64,000 nt of DNA from positions 248,001 to 312,000 of the forward strand of contig JBODTK010000160.1 in NCBI GenBank assembly GCA_050613775.1. Reading direction: 5' to 3'. The position numbers were made by a program, and so were the translations under genes. The DNA comes from Neocallimastix sp. 'constans' (lineage: Eukaryota). Under the pieces are notes generated by a model that saw only the letters and a program-made list of their open reading frames with translations, was not told the DNA's origin and made no database searches. Shown here one piece after another: positions 1 to 12,699 of the stretch (position 1 is the stretch's first letter; every line of letters begins with the position of its first letter).

Positions 1-167
1 ACAGCTGAACCAATCATAGCTAAAAGGAAAGATAAATTACTTCCCCATTCATTACTTTTTTCATTATTTACAATTTTTGTTTCTTTTTCTTCGAGAGTAG
101 CTGGAGCTTGAACTTCTTTTTCTTGCTCGATTTGGATATTACTTATATCAATATTATTGGGAGCCAT
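1..167 (-). CDS. Sodium-dependent transporter, NSS/SNF family; 5' end only, continues off the window
   Basis: ATG at 167 opens MAPNNIDISNIQIEQEKEVQAPATLEEKETKIVNNEKSNEWGSNLSFLLAMIGSAV. WGSxxxFLLAMIGSAV matches the NSS TM1 signature, which normally continues GLGNIWR. Confidence 0.85.
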   Translation of the reverse strand, partial: MAPNNIDISNIQIEQEKEVQAPATLEEKETKIVNNEKSNEWGSNLSFLLAMIGSA

Positions 168-1609
168 TTTTTTTTTTTCTTTCTTGACTTCTTAACTTAA
201 ATTAAAAATTTTCTTTGTTTTTACCTCTATTTTATTACTTGTTTTATTTATTTTCCTTGCTTAAATTAATAGTTTATTTATTACTTCTACTGTAAATAAT
301 AAATAAACTGTTCTTTATTTTATATTTATTTATATTATTTTACAATAATATCAATTTAATAATAAACTTTAAAAAAAAAAAAAAAAAAAAAATAAAAATA
401 AAAAGAAAAATAAAATTTAAACAAAAACTATTTTATTAAAAATGTCTAAATATTTTCACATGACAGATGTGAGGTTGAAAAGGGGAGAAATAACCAATAA
501 TAAATAAATCTATATATTTTTAATAAATTCTATGATATATATCTATATATTTTTAATTAATTCAATGACATACCAATCTATATATTTTCAATTAATTCAG
601 TAATATATATCTCTACTAATGTTTAATAATCTAAATTTTGTATATATCTATGTTTAATAATTTAAATTATATATCTATATATGCTTAGTAAATTAAAATG
701 TATATATTTATATATAATTAATTAAGTCATTATATTCCTATTGATTATAATATATATTTAATCAACTATCCAAATAAATTATTAGGTTACCATTGGTTAA
801 AAGAACAATTAATTTAAAACAATATAAAAAATTTTTATAGAGTGAAATAATATATATAAATTGATTAATTAATAATTAATTTATTATATATTAGTTAATT
901 TAATTTTTAATAAATGAATAATTAAATAATAACTTAAAATATTATAAAACAATATTTAAATGTACATATTTTTAATTATAATTATTAGTAAAAAACATTT
1001 CTTTAACTATTTAAAATATATATTAATATATTGAATAATTAAATAGAAATAAAAAAAAAAAAGGAACTTTTTTTCTTTTTTTAACTGTATATAAACATAG
1101 ATTTATAATTTATTATTATTATTATTAATATATATATATATATATATAATTTTTTTTTCATTGTATTTCGTTTTAAAATTCACATTAAGGATATAAACTT
1201 AATTATAATAATAATATTTTAAATAATATATGAACTTATTTTTCACTAAATATTAAGAAATATTATATTATGGTTTAAAATAATTTTTTTATTAATTATT
1301 GTTTAAATTAATTAATTGAACAGATTTTTTTCTTAAAATGTTTTTTTTTTTTAATTTTTTAATTTATCTTTTTCTGAAGGAAAAATAAATATTTATTTAA
1401 GAAATTATAATACTTCTATAAAGTCTATTATTATTATAACAATATTCTATTTATTGTTATAAATCCATTACTAAGAATTTAAATTAATAGTTAATAAAAC
1501 AAATAAAATATTTGGTAGTGAATATATTTATAAAATAATTAATATTTAATAACAATTGAGGGCAATAAATCATATTTAAAATTAATTATTAAATTGAGGG
1601 CAATTTGAA

Positions 1610-1641
<32 letters not shown>

Positions 1642-2281
1642 CTTATAATTTAAATATAATTTTTAATGTAGTGGCCACCAAAAAATTTTTGTACATAGTG
1701 ATACATTACATTGTCTAACTTTATTCTATATAATATTTTAATTTAACTTAGAAAACAACAATATTAAATTTTATTTAAATTGTTAATCTGATAAATGAAT
1801 ATTTTGATAATTTTTTTTTTTTGTTTTTTAGTAGACAATTAGTGAAAACATTAATTCAAAAAATAAATATAACCATTTTTAAATTATTCTGTCTTTTTTA
1901 ATTTTATATCTTCATTTACAGTACTGTTATGGTAATAGTTTATTTATTTTTTTTTTTTTGTTCATACAATATAATTACGGCAATAGTTTATTTCTTCTTT
2001 TCATAAATTAAAAAAAAATATATATATAATTATTATTCCATGTCTTTTATATATATATATTTTATTTATTATTATTCCATGTCTTTTATATATATATATT
2101 TATTTATTATTATTCCATGTCTTTTATGTATTTTCTATTTATTATTATTCCATGTCTTTTATATATATTTTATTTGTTATTAAAAATTCAAAAGTTTACA
2201 AGGAAATGAAGCAATGTATTAAGTTTAAAATTAATTATAAAATCAATAATTAAACAAGGGTAATAATAATAGGGTTTAGTT

Positions 2282-2910
2282 TAGATATTAATTCTATATA
2301 CAATTTAAGAGGATTTATTATATTTATTTTATTTGTCTTTTTTTTTTTTTTTTTTTATTTTTTATTTTTTATTTTTTGAGGATGAACTGTATAACCTTTT
2401 AAGCAATTGAACAAATATCATTGTTTAATATATAAAATATATTATTAAGTAAACATTAGGTGTCATAATGATAAATAATAAATAATAATAAATAAATAAA
2501 TAATAATAATAAATAAATATATAAATAAATAATAAATAAATAATAATAACTTTTATTTAAATTATGATTGTTTAAAATATCTATTAAAATAGATATTAAT
2601 TCTATATACAATTTAAGAGGATTTATTATATTTATTTTATTTGTCTTTTTTTTTTTTTTTTTTTTTATTTTTTATTTTTTATTTTTTGAGGATGAACTGT
2701 ATAACCTTTTAAGCAATTGAACAAATATCATTGTTTAATATATAAAATATATTATTAAGTAAACATTAGGTGTCATAATAATAAATAATAAATAATAATA
2801 AATAAATAAATAATAAATAATAATAAATAAATAAATGAATAAATAATAAATAAATAATAATAAATAACTTTTATTTAAATTATGATTGTTTAAAATATCT
2901 ATTAAAATAA
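2282..2910. repeat. Tandem duplication of a ~310 bp non-coding unit, 2 copies
   Basis: tagatattaattctatatacaatttaagaggattt...aaatatctattaaaat begins at 2282 and again at 2590. The copies differ mainly in microsatellite and homopolymer length. Confidence 0.9.
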
Positions 2911-3365
2911 ATAATAATAAAAAAATAATTTTAAATCTTAAATATTATATTTTTGGTCTTATTACATTTATTTCATACAATTTATATTTTACATTAAAGT
3001 AAAATATTTTCATAATTCTATTATTTCATATCAACAATATATTTTATTATCTTTTATAAGAAATTAAATTTATGCAAATAAGATCCTATCCACATTTTTA
3101 AAATTTCTCCTTGAAATAGAACAAAGTTTTATTTTTTTTTATTCTTTTTATTCTTTTATGAATATCATTAATATAATTATTAATAAATTATATATTATTA
3201 ATATGAAACAAAATATTGCTTTAAAAAAAATTCATATTTTAAAATATAATATATTAGACGATTATTATATTGTCGATTTAGGCTAGGAAATAATAAAACT
3301 TTATTAATATCATATAAAAAAATATATGAATTACATTAAAATATTGAGTAAAAAATAAATTAATA

Positions 3366-3396
<31 letters not shown>

Positions 3397-4277
3397 CAAG
3401 AGATAAATAATATTAGAATTAATAATAAAATAGCTTCCAAGTTCTTTTTATTACGATGATATAGCAAGACCTTATGAGGAATTGGAATTCAATTCTTCAT
3501 TAAAATTTTTTCTCTGTCGTATCATTTCGATATCGATGCTCTTAACAATAATAAATTACTATATAAATTGAGATATGAGTAAAATTCACCACACATAATT
3601 GGCAATAGAATATGAAAGGAATATTAAAATCCTCACAAAATAAGGATACAGGAAAGTTTATTCAGAATTTTATTTAGAAATAGTCTTAATAATTTGTATT
3701 CTTTAGATTTTAAGTATTCAGTATTGTCACATCATATGTAAAAATTGATATTATTTTCAAATTCTATTTTTCTGAATATATAGCATTTAAAGGTTTTTTA
3801 TTCGCTAATAAGTGAAAAGTTAATAAATAAATCATCAAAAGCAAAAAAAAAAAAAAAAAAAAATTACACTGAGCTACTACAGGGAAGAAGAACGTACTCT
3901 ATGTTTAAAACCGGTAATACCGTTACTGATAGCTGTGACAGAAATATTAAAATATCAATTATCGTTTGTTTTTTAATATTGAATATATAATAATAAATAA
4001 TTTTATATAAAACAATATTTTTAATTATTATTTTTATATTTATTTACTTTCAAATACATGTTTTATTTATTTATTTATTCTTATTTTTATTTTTATTTTG
4101 TAAACTCACAAAAAATATTATATACTCAGTAAATATGAGTAATGATGAAATGATAGGTATATTTTTTAATTTTATTCAATTATAGTATTAATTTATATAA
4201 TTTTATAATATATATTTATTTAAATGATTATTATTTTTTTTTCTAATATATAATATATATTAATTTAAATGATTATT

Positions 4278-4312
<35 letters not shown>

Positions 4313-5199
4313 CACCGGAAGTAATAAAACAAATTAAATATATTAAATGATTTCTATAATAATTAATTTTAATAGCAATTAATTAATAAATTGGTATAGA
4401 TAATTAATAAATGAATCATTTTATTGTTAAAAATTAATTATAATTTAGAATAAATTAAATTATTCACCATATATGCTGAAATTTTTATGCATTAAAGTAC
4501 ATTTTGAAAGAGATTTTTATTTAAATATTTATTTGGTAAACCAATAAAAATTTTATTAAATATAAAATTATATGATTTAATATAATTTTTATAAAAATAT
4601 AATTATTTACCATACATGATGAAACTAAGATTTTTATGGACAACGATAAAGTGCATTCTAACTCTAAAATTATCATATTATCATTTTACTTTTAAATATT
4701 GACATACAAGATAAATTTGTAACATTATTAAAAAACGAACTTTAATTATAATTCTATCCTTTTAAATATAAATCTAAAGTTATTGTAGTTAATTATTTCT
4801 ATTATAAAAAAAAAAATTATGAAATGAATTTTAATAAGCTTTTACTATTCTAAATTTTTTAATACTTAATATTAAATAATATTCCTTTAAATTATTATTT
4901 ATATATTTAATTACTTTCAAATGTATTTTATGTTACTTCTTTATTTATTCTTTACAATTTTAATATAAGTTTATTTCTATATATTATTTATAATTTATAC
5001 AAATGTTTTTCATTTTTGTTGTTCTAAATTATTAATAAATATATTATTACAATAAAAATTTATCAATTAAATAAATATTAATCAATAAATAATAATAAAT
5101 GTACATTATCTTTATTAATATTTTTGTCAAAGTTATATATATATATTAATAATTATTTGTAAATTTATTATATAATTATTTTTTTTTTTTTTAATATTT

Positions 5200-5592
5200 A
5201 TGCTAAACTATCCTTTATCAGTTTATATTATTAAAGATGAATTAACCATCATAACTCTATCCCATAGTAGTTAATGAATAGGTTAGTAATAACTATTGGT
5301 ATTACTATGGTAGTATCTAAGAGTACCCCAGTAACAATAACACAACTAATTTTTGGACATTTAGGAAAGTTACTTCCTTAAATTTTTTTTATTTTATCAT
5401 CAGCAGATTCACGATAACTTGGATTTCTAGTGAAACCTTTTTACCACTTCTATGTTAGATGTTATAATAAGGACTATTTTTTAAAGCTTTCAATACCAGA
5501 AAACACCTTCTTGAATTCTGCAGACACTTCCATGAACAGAAGTTATGAGCTAAAAGAACAATTACTAATAAAGAGAAGATTTTCGCTTGCAT
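5200..5592 (-). pseudogene. Decayed secreted alpha/beta-hydrolase, possibly class 3 lipase
   Basis: Signal-like MQAKIFSLLVIVLLA, then across stops and frameshifts KGFTRNPSY...KCPKISCVIVTG(YS) and LTTMG*SYDG. These resemble the lipase-3 motifs GF..Y, VIVTGHSLG and TFGxPRxGN. A second fragment sharing ctatcccatagtagttaa lies at ~6190-6270. Confidence 0.35.
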
Positions 5593-5646
5593 TTTATTGA
5601 AAAATAAATTATGAAAAACATACATACAAACAAACAAACAAACAAA

Positions 5647-5704
<58 letters not shown>

Positions 5705-6698
5705 ACTATTTATATTTTTATTACTTTAATAAATTTAATAATTACTTTGTAATTATTTTTTAATTTTATGAAAGTATTCACTTATATTAATAAATAATTA
5801 TATAATATATTTTTTTTAGTAAATTCAATATTAATATTATATCGAACCTTTAATATAAGTGATGAAATAATAAGTAAATGTTTATTTTTATATAATTATA
5901 GTATTAATTTATATGATTTAATATATATATATTTATAATATAAAATTGTTTCTGCTATAGATGATTATGTAACATTAAAATGAATGAACAAATATATTAA
6001 AAGAATTCTGAAAATAATTTTGAATAATAATTTTTTTCTTTTTTTATAAATGGATAATGATTAATAATTATTAAGTCATTTATTATTGAAAACTAATTAC
6101 CATTTTAAAATATATATATATATATTTATTTAATAAATTTGTTAAATTTAATGTTAAATCTTACTTTATCATTTTAACTTCCTAAATCTGAATTAATCAT
6201 TATAACACTATCCCATAGTAGTTAAGTAATAATCATTGGAATAATGATAATGATAGTAGCTAAAAGGGATGTGGAATTCAAAAATAATAGTTAAAAAAAC
6301 AATATCTAATGTAAAATTATTTATTATTATATTTCATGTATATTTCATGTATATATGTATATAGAAATACTTAATAGTATTAATTTCTATTAATAATTAT
6401 ATTTTTTACTTTTTTAATAAATGTGATATTTCTTTTTAATTATTTATATCTGTTTTTATTAAATTATTAATATTGTTCAATTATATAAATATGAATAAGT
6501 ATTAAGGGAATAAAGTTATATAAAGTTTATAATATATGACAATATATAAATTTTTAACATAAAAAATTATTATATTATCTAAATATTAAAAGTACATTAC
6601 CATAGTAGATTAACATATTTTATAATATATATAAATAATAATATTAATTTAAATATAATAAATAATCAAAATATAAATGAATTATTATGATAATTACC

Positions 6699-6738
<40 letters not shown>

Positions 6739-7364
6739 TAAATATACAGTATTAAATAAAGTACTTAATTTATTGAATAAAATATTGATTTTATCGATAG
6801 TTTTAGTTAATGCTTTATATATATTATCAATTTTGGTTAATAATACTAAAATAGATTTAACTAGTTCTAATGCTATCAATGTATTAATAAAATATGTAAC
6901 AGATTCATCACTAATAAGTGAACTTAATAAAAGAGAACAATGTACTCCTTCAATAATTATTTAATCGATTGTACTATTATACGAAAGATCATGAATCATT
7001 AGAAATGGACGTAAATAAAACTTTAACAAAAATGTAGTATTTTTTTTTTTTTTTTTAAGAAAAAATAGTACTCATAATGAATATTATCATGTAATAATTA
7101 AAGCCAGCATAGATTTTTTTTTTTATGGTAACCAATTATAATTTTATAAAAAATATATATATAATTATTTAATTTAATAAAAACTTTACATGTTCTTGGG
7201 AGAATTATATTTAATTTTAATAATTTTTTTTTTTTTTTTTTTTTTTTTTTTGATGATTTATGGCTTAATATTCCTAATTAGTAAATTTATTCATTTTAAT
7301 ATTTACCATATTTATTATATATTTTTTTTTTTTCCAAAAAAATAAAAAAATAAAATAAAATATA

Positions 7365-7395
<31 letters not shown>

Positions 7396-8180
7396 AAAAA
7401 ACAATACTTTGTAATAATATATTTAATATAAATTAATCCGATAAAATTTTATAATCTTTTTTAGGCAAAAAAATTTTTAATGATTATGGTAACAATATTA
7501 TTTATTTAATTGAATTATGATCTTATAAAAGTAATAGTAAAAAAACAAAAAAATTACTGAAAAATACAATTATTTTTTATTGCTTTAATCCATTTTAAGA
7601 TATTCCTTATGATATTTATTATTATTTATTTAAAATATATAGTATAAAATGTATAAGTAAATAATATAAAATACTATAATTATTATAAAAATATATTTAT
7701 ATATATATAATAAAATCATTATAAATGTAAAAATATAATTTTAGAGAAAATAAATTATTAATTATCTCCATAATTTCAAAATAAAAAATTATTGATTATA
7801 ATTGATATTAAAATTTAATTTATAAATGGAATAATGTAATAAAATAGATTTATGTTTTTACATATATTTATTTTTATCACATTATTTTCATATTCCTTTT
7901 AGTCATCACATAAGTCACATGATATATATTTTGTATGATTATTAATAATATTTACTTATTAATAATTAAAGTTTTATTTATTTTTTTTTTTTTAAAAAAA
8001 AAAAAAGGATAATGATTCCTGTGATAGTTAATCATGATGTGTATTATAATTGTTGAAATTGTGATAATAACTGACAATTCATTTGTTATTATGATTGTTA
8101 ATCAGTAATGTATTTTGTATTCTAATTGTTGTTTTGCTTTCTTAATTCCTTGCTTACTTGAAATTATTTGCTAATATATC

Positions 8181-8230
8181 TGTTAAATATCACAGTTATA
8201 TATTTAATTACATTGTATCAGTTACTATAT
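8181..8230 (+). mobile_element. LTR 5'-end fragment related to the Copia LTR at 14496
   Basis: tgttaaatatcacagttatatatttaattacattgta versus tgttaaatatcacaggtatgtgtttaactacattgta at 14496. Confidence 0.6.
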
Positions 8231-8269
8231 CAGGATAAAGATGGCATTCATTTATATTATATGTTTTAG

Positions 8270-9120
8270 ATCCGGACTGAATATTAAGTTCTATCATATC
8301 TTTTGATCAAATCCCGTTTATCATCTTCCTCTAATTTATAATTATCTTTAAAATGATAATTATAAATAATTACCTTCAATAATAGGATAACACAATTTAA
8401 AATCATTAAATATACCACTTACTCAACTGTTTTTATATTCATTGCAATTACTCCTATCTGGAATTTCTATGTTTTATCCTGTAGTATTATATTCCTCATA
8501 ATAAAAATTTCCTACGTGTAATTACAAATATTTTACCTTTTATTTCATCAAGAGTTGGAATGGTATTACAATAATATATATATATATATACTAATCTTTG
8601 AACTATAAATTAATTATTTCGATTACAAGTAAACTAGCAAGAGTAATAGATTTAGGATAATTTTTATTATAACTAAATTGTATTAAGTTTGGAAGATGTT
8701 CTTTCTTTAAATGGATAATAATTGTTTCATATGGATATTTATTTAAAAATTATATTCATTTATATAATACATTTTCCAAATAAAGTACAGAATTTTGTGA
8801 AGAATTTCGAATTATAACAAATAAAAATCACCATGCGAAAGAAATATTGAATTAAAAATGATCATTTTTCATCTACTGCAAGTCTTAAATCTAGGTATCT
8901 AATGTCATGTTGTCATTGATCATAGATAGATTATTCATGCTTTGTGTTTGCTCCCACGCCTCTACAAAATAATTTTTTTTTTTTTTTTTTTTTTTTTTTT
9001 CCATCCCAAGTGTTCCACAATCATGTGTACCTAGAATGTTAATTTGATTAAGTTTTTAATTCTGGTTTATAGATTTAATCCAATAACTATCAATACTGTC
9101 ATATTTAAATTTATGATCAC
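8270..9120 (-). pseudogene. PI-specific phospholipase C X-domain pseudogene, bacterial PI-PLC-like
   Basis: Motifs in the expected order, broken by stops and frameshifts: YWIKSINQN*KLNQINILGTHDCGT, IYDQ*QHDIRYLDLRL, LSHG, NTIPTLDEIKGKIFVITRR, KDNYKLEEDDK. Confidence 0.75.
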
Positions 9121-9863
9121 AACATTATTAAATTATATTATATAAGATATAATAAAAAACAATAAATAATATATCCTTCATTTACAAATCATAATTATTT
9201 TAAATTGTAATAAAATTATATATTTTTCTTAAAAGAAATATGTAAAAATCAATTTATATGCAAACAATGCTATATAATGATAATATAATAGTTATTGTCA
9301 GTTTATTAAAGCAATATGATTATTATTCATATATTGAATTTTAAATATAATATTATAATTTTTATTTTATTATTTAATAATATAAATACATAATTATTAT
9401 ATTTTTAATACAAATATTGATAATACCTGTTAATTAATTAAATATTATTTGATATAACTCTTTTCTAAGGTTTTGTTATACGGGAAACAAAATATAATTA
9501 AATTCAATATTTAATATTTATTTATTAACTACTAATTATTATTTAACTCTTAATTCAAATAACTAAATTTATTTTTTATACATTAATAAATTTTATTTTA
9601 TATATATATATATATATTTACTTGTTTATAATTTATATTAATTTATTTGATTATATGTGGCTGATTCTTATACATGTAAATATTCTGTGAGGATATATGG
9701 AGTGTGAGGCATTTCGAAAATTTCATATCGAAAAAGTTGCATTTGGTAATTTTTTTTTAAAAATTAATAAATAAATAAATTTATATTAATTTATTTGATT
9801 ATGTAAAATTACTATAAAAACTATAATAAAAATATTATAATAATTATTTCGGTTAAGTTTTAG

Positions 9864-10356
9864 TTTTTTTTTTTTTTTTTTTTTAGACTTTCTCACATGA
9901 TTTCTACATCATTGGTAGGTCACATGAGTGTATTTAAGGAACAGATCCTTACATGCCTTATCATTTTGACGTCGACGCTCTACTACCTCTAAGAGGGATT
10001 TAAAGTACTAGGCATGGTCCCCAACAGACTACGAAAATCCGGATTGACCGTCATACTACCCACCCCTCTATCATCGGGAATAGCAGAAATCTTAATTAGT
10101 TTTTGGAGATGGTATAATTAAGGAAATTGACCATATTATTTACAATTTGGATATAACTTAAGTATCTAGACAGGTTTGTGCCGTTTTTCCTAATATATGC
10201 CCAAAACACCTTAGTTTTGACCAGAGTTCAAATCACCCACAAATCCATCATACTTAATCCAATATACTTACCTGTAATTGCTCTATCAATGCATTATCAT
10301 AAAATCCCGAAGGGAAAACTGATAAGGTCATAGAGCGGGTTCGAACCAGGAGCCTT
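9864..10356 (-). mobile_element. 5'-truncated tRNA-derived SINE-like element with poly(A) tail
   Basis: GC-enriched non-coding body. B box cctGGTTCGAACCcg on the minus strand at ~10337-10350. Ends catgtgagaaagtct followed by poly(A) (poly-T at 9864-9884 on +). Confidence 0.55.
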
Positions 10357-10397
10357 ATGCAACTTTTTCGAAAATTTTCATTTCGAAAAAGTTGCAT
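10357..10397. repeat. Perfect hairpin, 17-bp stem and 7-nt loop
   Basis: atgcaactttttcgaaa-attttca-tttcgaaaaagttgcat. Partial copies at ~9712-9780 (direct) and ~11841-11868 (inverted). Confidence 0.9.
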
Positions 10398-10951
10398 TTG
10401 GTATTTTTTTTTAAAAATTAATAAATAAATAAATTAATAATAAAACAAATATAATTTAAATAAATAATTAAATAAATAATAAATAAATAAATAAACAAAA
10501 CTATAATAAATAAATAAATTTAAAAATAAATTCTAAAATGTATATATATATATAATAATAAATATACATTAGAATTTCAAGTATTAAAAAATTAATTATT
10601 TAAAAGAAGTAAAGAATAATAATTTAAAATATAATTATTAAAAATTAAAAAATAATATTTAAATAATTAATTGATCGTTTTTACATATTTCTTTTTCATC
10701 ATTTTAAAATAATATTAAGATTTACATTTATATAAAGTTCCGTATTGGGTACATCGATATACCTTTGATTTATTCTTTTTATTAAATGAATAATTATATA
10801 TATATATTATTAATAATTATTTACACTTTTTTCCTCTATTAGTTCCATTTTGTTAAATATTTTTAATTAATTTTCAAAGATTCAATCTTATTAAATATTA
10901 TTAAAATTATATAAATTTTAAATAAAATTGAGCTTATTTTTTATTTTATAT

Positions 10952-10990
<39 letters not shown>

Positions 10991-11353
10991 GTTACATAAT
11001 CCTTTTAAAATTATTTCTTTTTTTTTTTTTAATATTTAAATTTTTAAATTTTTTATTGAATCAATAAATTAAAATAATTATAATAATTATAAAATTTAAT
11101 AATAATAAACATTAATTATTTATTAATTGAGAAATAATCTATGAAAAAAAATATATATATATTCCAATTATTTTTTTTATCCAATAAATAAAAATATAAT
11201 AAATTAAAAAAAATATCTATTTAATTATTTATTATTTATTTATATATTATTATAAAGGTATTATTTATTTATTTTATTATTTATTTATCTATTTATTAAA
11301 TTTTGAGAAATAAAATTTAGTACCTTTTTGGAAAAAAAAAAAAAAAAAAAAAA

Positions 11354-11810
11354 GCCATGTTGGTCCAGTCGGTTAGGACGATACAGGTCACTGTAGAGGG
11401 CGGGGTTCGAATCCTCGGCATGGCACCAAATAATCGGATGAGGTTTCTATCCTGGGATATCATGAGACCACACGTGATGTCCATAAGGCTTTCCCTCAAA
11501 TGATTATTTCACCCATCCCTGATACTACGCTTTGAATTGAAGCATAGAGCTTGATGATTGTAAAATTTCCAATCGCCAATGATTACACCCACTAGGGAGG
11601 AGTTAATGGTTCCGTTCTGATGCTCGTGGTCATTAGAGATATATGTAGGAACGTTAGGAATGCATCTCCGGGCAGTGTGTAACGACGATTGAGAGCGGCG
11701 AAGCTGATACAGTATGCCAATAACTCATCACCTTACAGTTAATTAATAACTGTATGGCCATATGGGAGATGGGTACCCATATGTGCAAGTCTATGTTTTT
11801 GTTTTTTGTT
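11354..11810 (+). mobile_element. tRNA-derived SINE with tRNA-like head at 11354-11428 and encoded CCA
   Basis: Acceptor stem GCCATGT/GCATGGC plus ACCA, D arm GTCC/GGAC with A box TGGTCCAGTCGG, T arm CGGGG-TTCGAAT-CCTCG (B box), and a defective anticodon loop. About 370 bp of GC-rich body, a (GTTTTT)n tail, and a candidate TSD tttttggaaaaaaaaa at 11325-11340 and 11811-11826. Confidence 0.75.
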
Positions 11811-12699
11811 TTTTTGGAAAAAAAAATTTTTTTTTTTTTACGAATTTTCCAAAATGAAATTTTTCGAACTACACTTCCTGCTATTTTAAAATTAAAATAT
11901 TTATCACTATATTATATATAGTTTTACTTTATTTGTTTTTATTAATATTATATATATATTAACTAAATATATTGTAATAATCATTTATATAAAATCAATA
12001 ATGATTAATATGTTTATCTCCTTAAATATAATATATTAAACAATAATATAGAAATAAATGATAAATACAAAATAATTATATAAAATAACAATGAAAAAAA
12101 AAAAAAAAAAAATTACTATTAAATATTTAGTTTTTATATTATTATTATATTATTATTATGTAAAATAATTTTTATAAAAATATTATATGTAAATAAAAAT
12201 TGGGAATAAAACAAATAATATCACTATCTTTAAAAGATATACAGCAATATGAATATATTTATTTTGTGTAATATATTTACAACATTAAATAGATTTATTA
12301 TTTTTTATTTGTTAATTATAATACTTTTTTTTTGGAAAATCTTTACAACAGTATACGGAATTAGTTTATACTTATGATAATATTACTTCTCTAAATCATT
12401 ACAGTGATACATTAACTCAATACGGCTAAATGCTAAATTCTTCTTCCTATCTCTTCTCTTCTTCTTGTGGGATGAAAGCTATTCAATGTACCTGTATCAA
12501 TTGTACAATTTAAATCCGCATTACGAAATTAATTTTTAAAATTCCCGAACGAAATAATTTTTTTTTTTAATAAGAAAATTGACAGATCTAAACTTTTTAG
12601 GTTTTTGAAAATAAAAAAACGCAAAAAACCAGAACACCAACATTAAATAAATCATATTTTTTTTTTTAGAGAGAGAGAGAGGAAAACAAAACAAATTCA

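Noticed and set aside
3430..3940. Moderately complex segment resembling decayed coding DNA
   Set aside because: There are stops in the frames I read and no motif was recognised.
6773..7200. Small secreted peptide gene (signal-like N-terminus, KR site)
   Set aside because: It is only 63 aa, the continuation is broken by stops, and no family is recognisable. At most it is a relic.
11354..11428. Functional tRNA gene (Asp- or His-like)
   Set aside because: The anticodon loop is not 7 nt, CCA is encoded, and there is no T-run terminator directly downstream. It is better explained as a SINE head.
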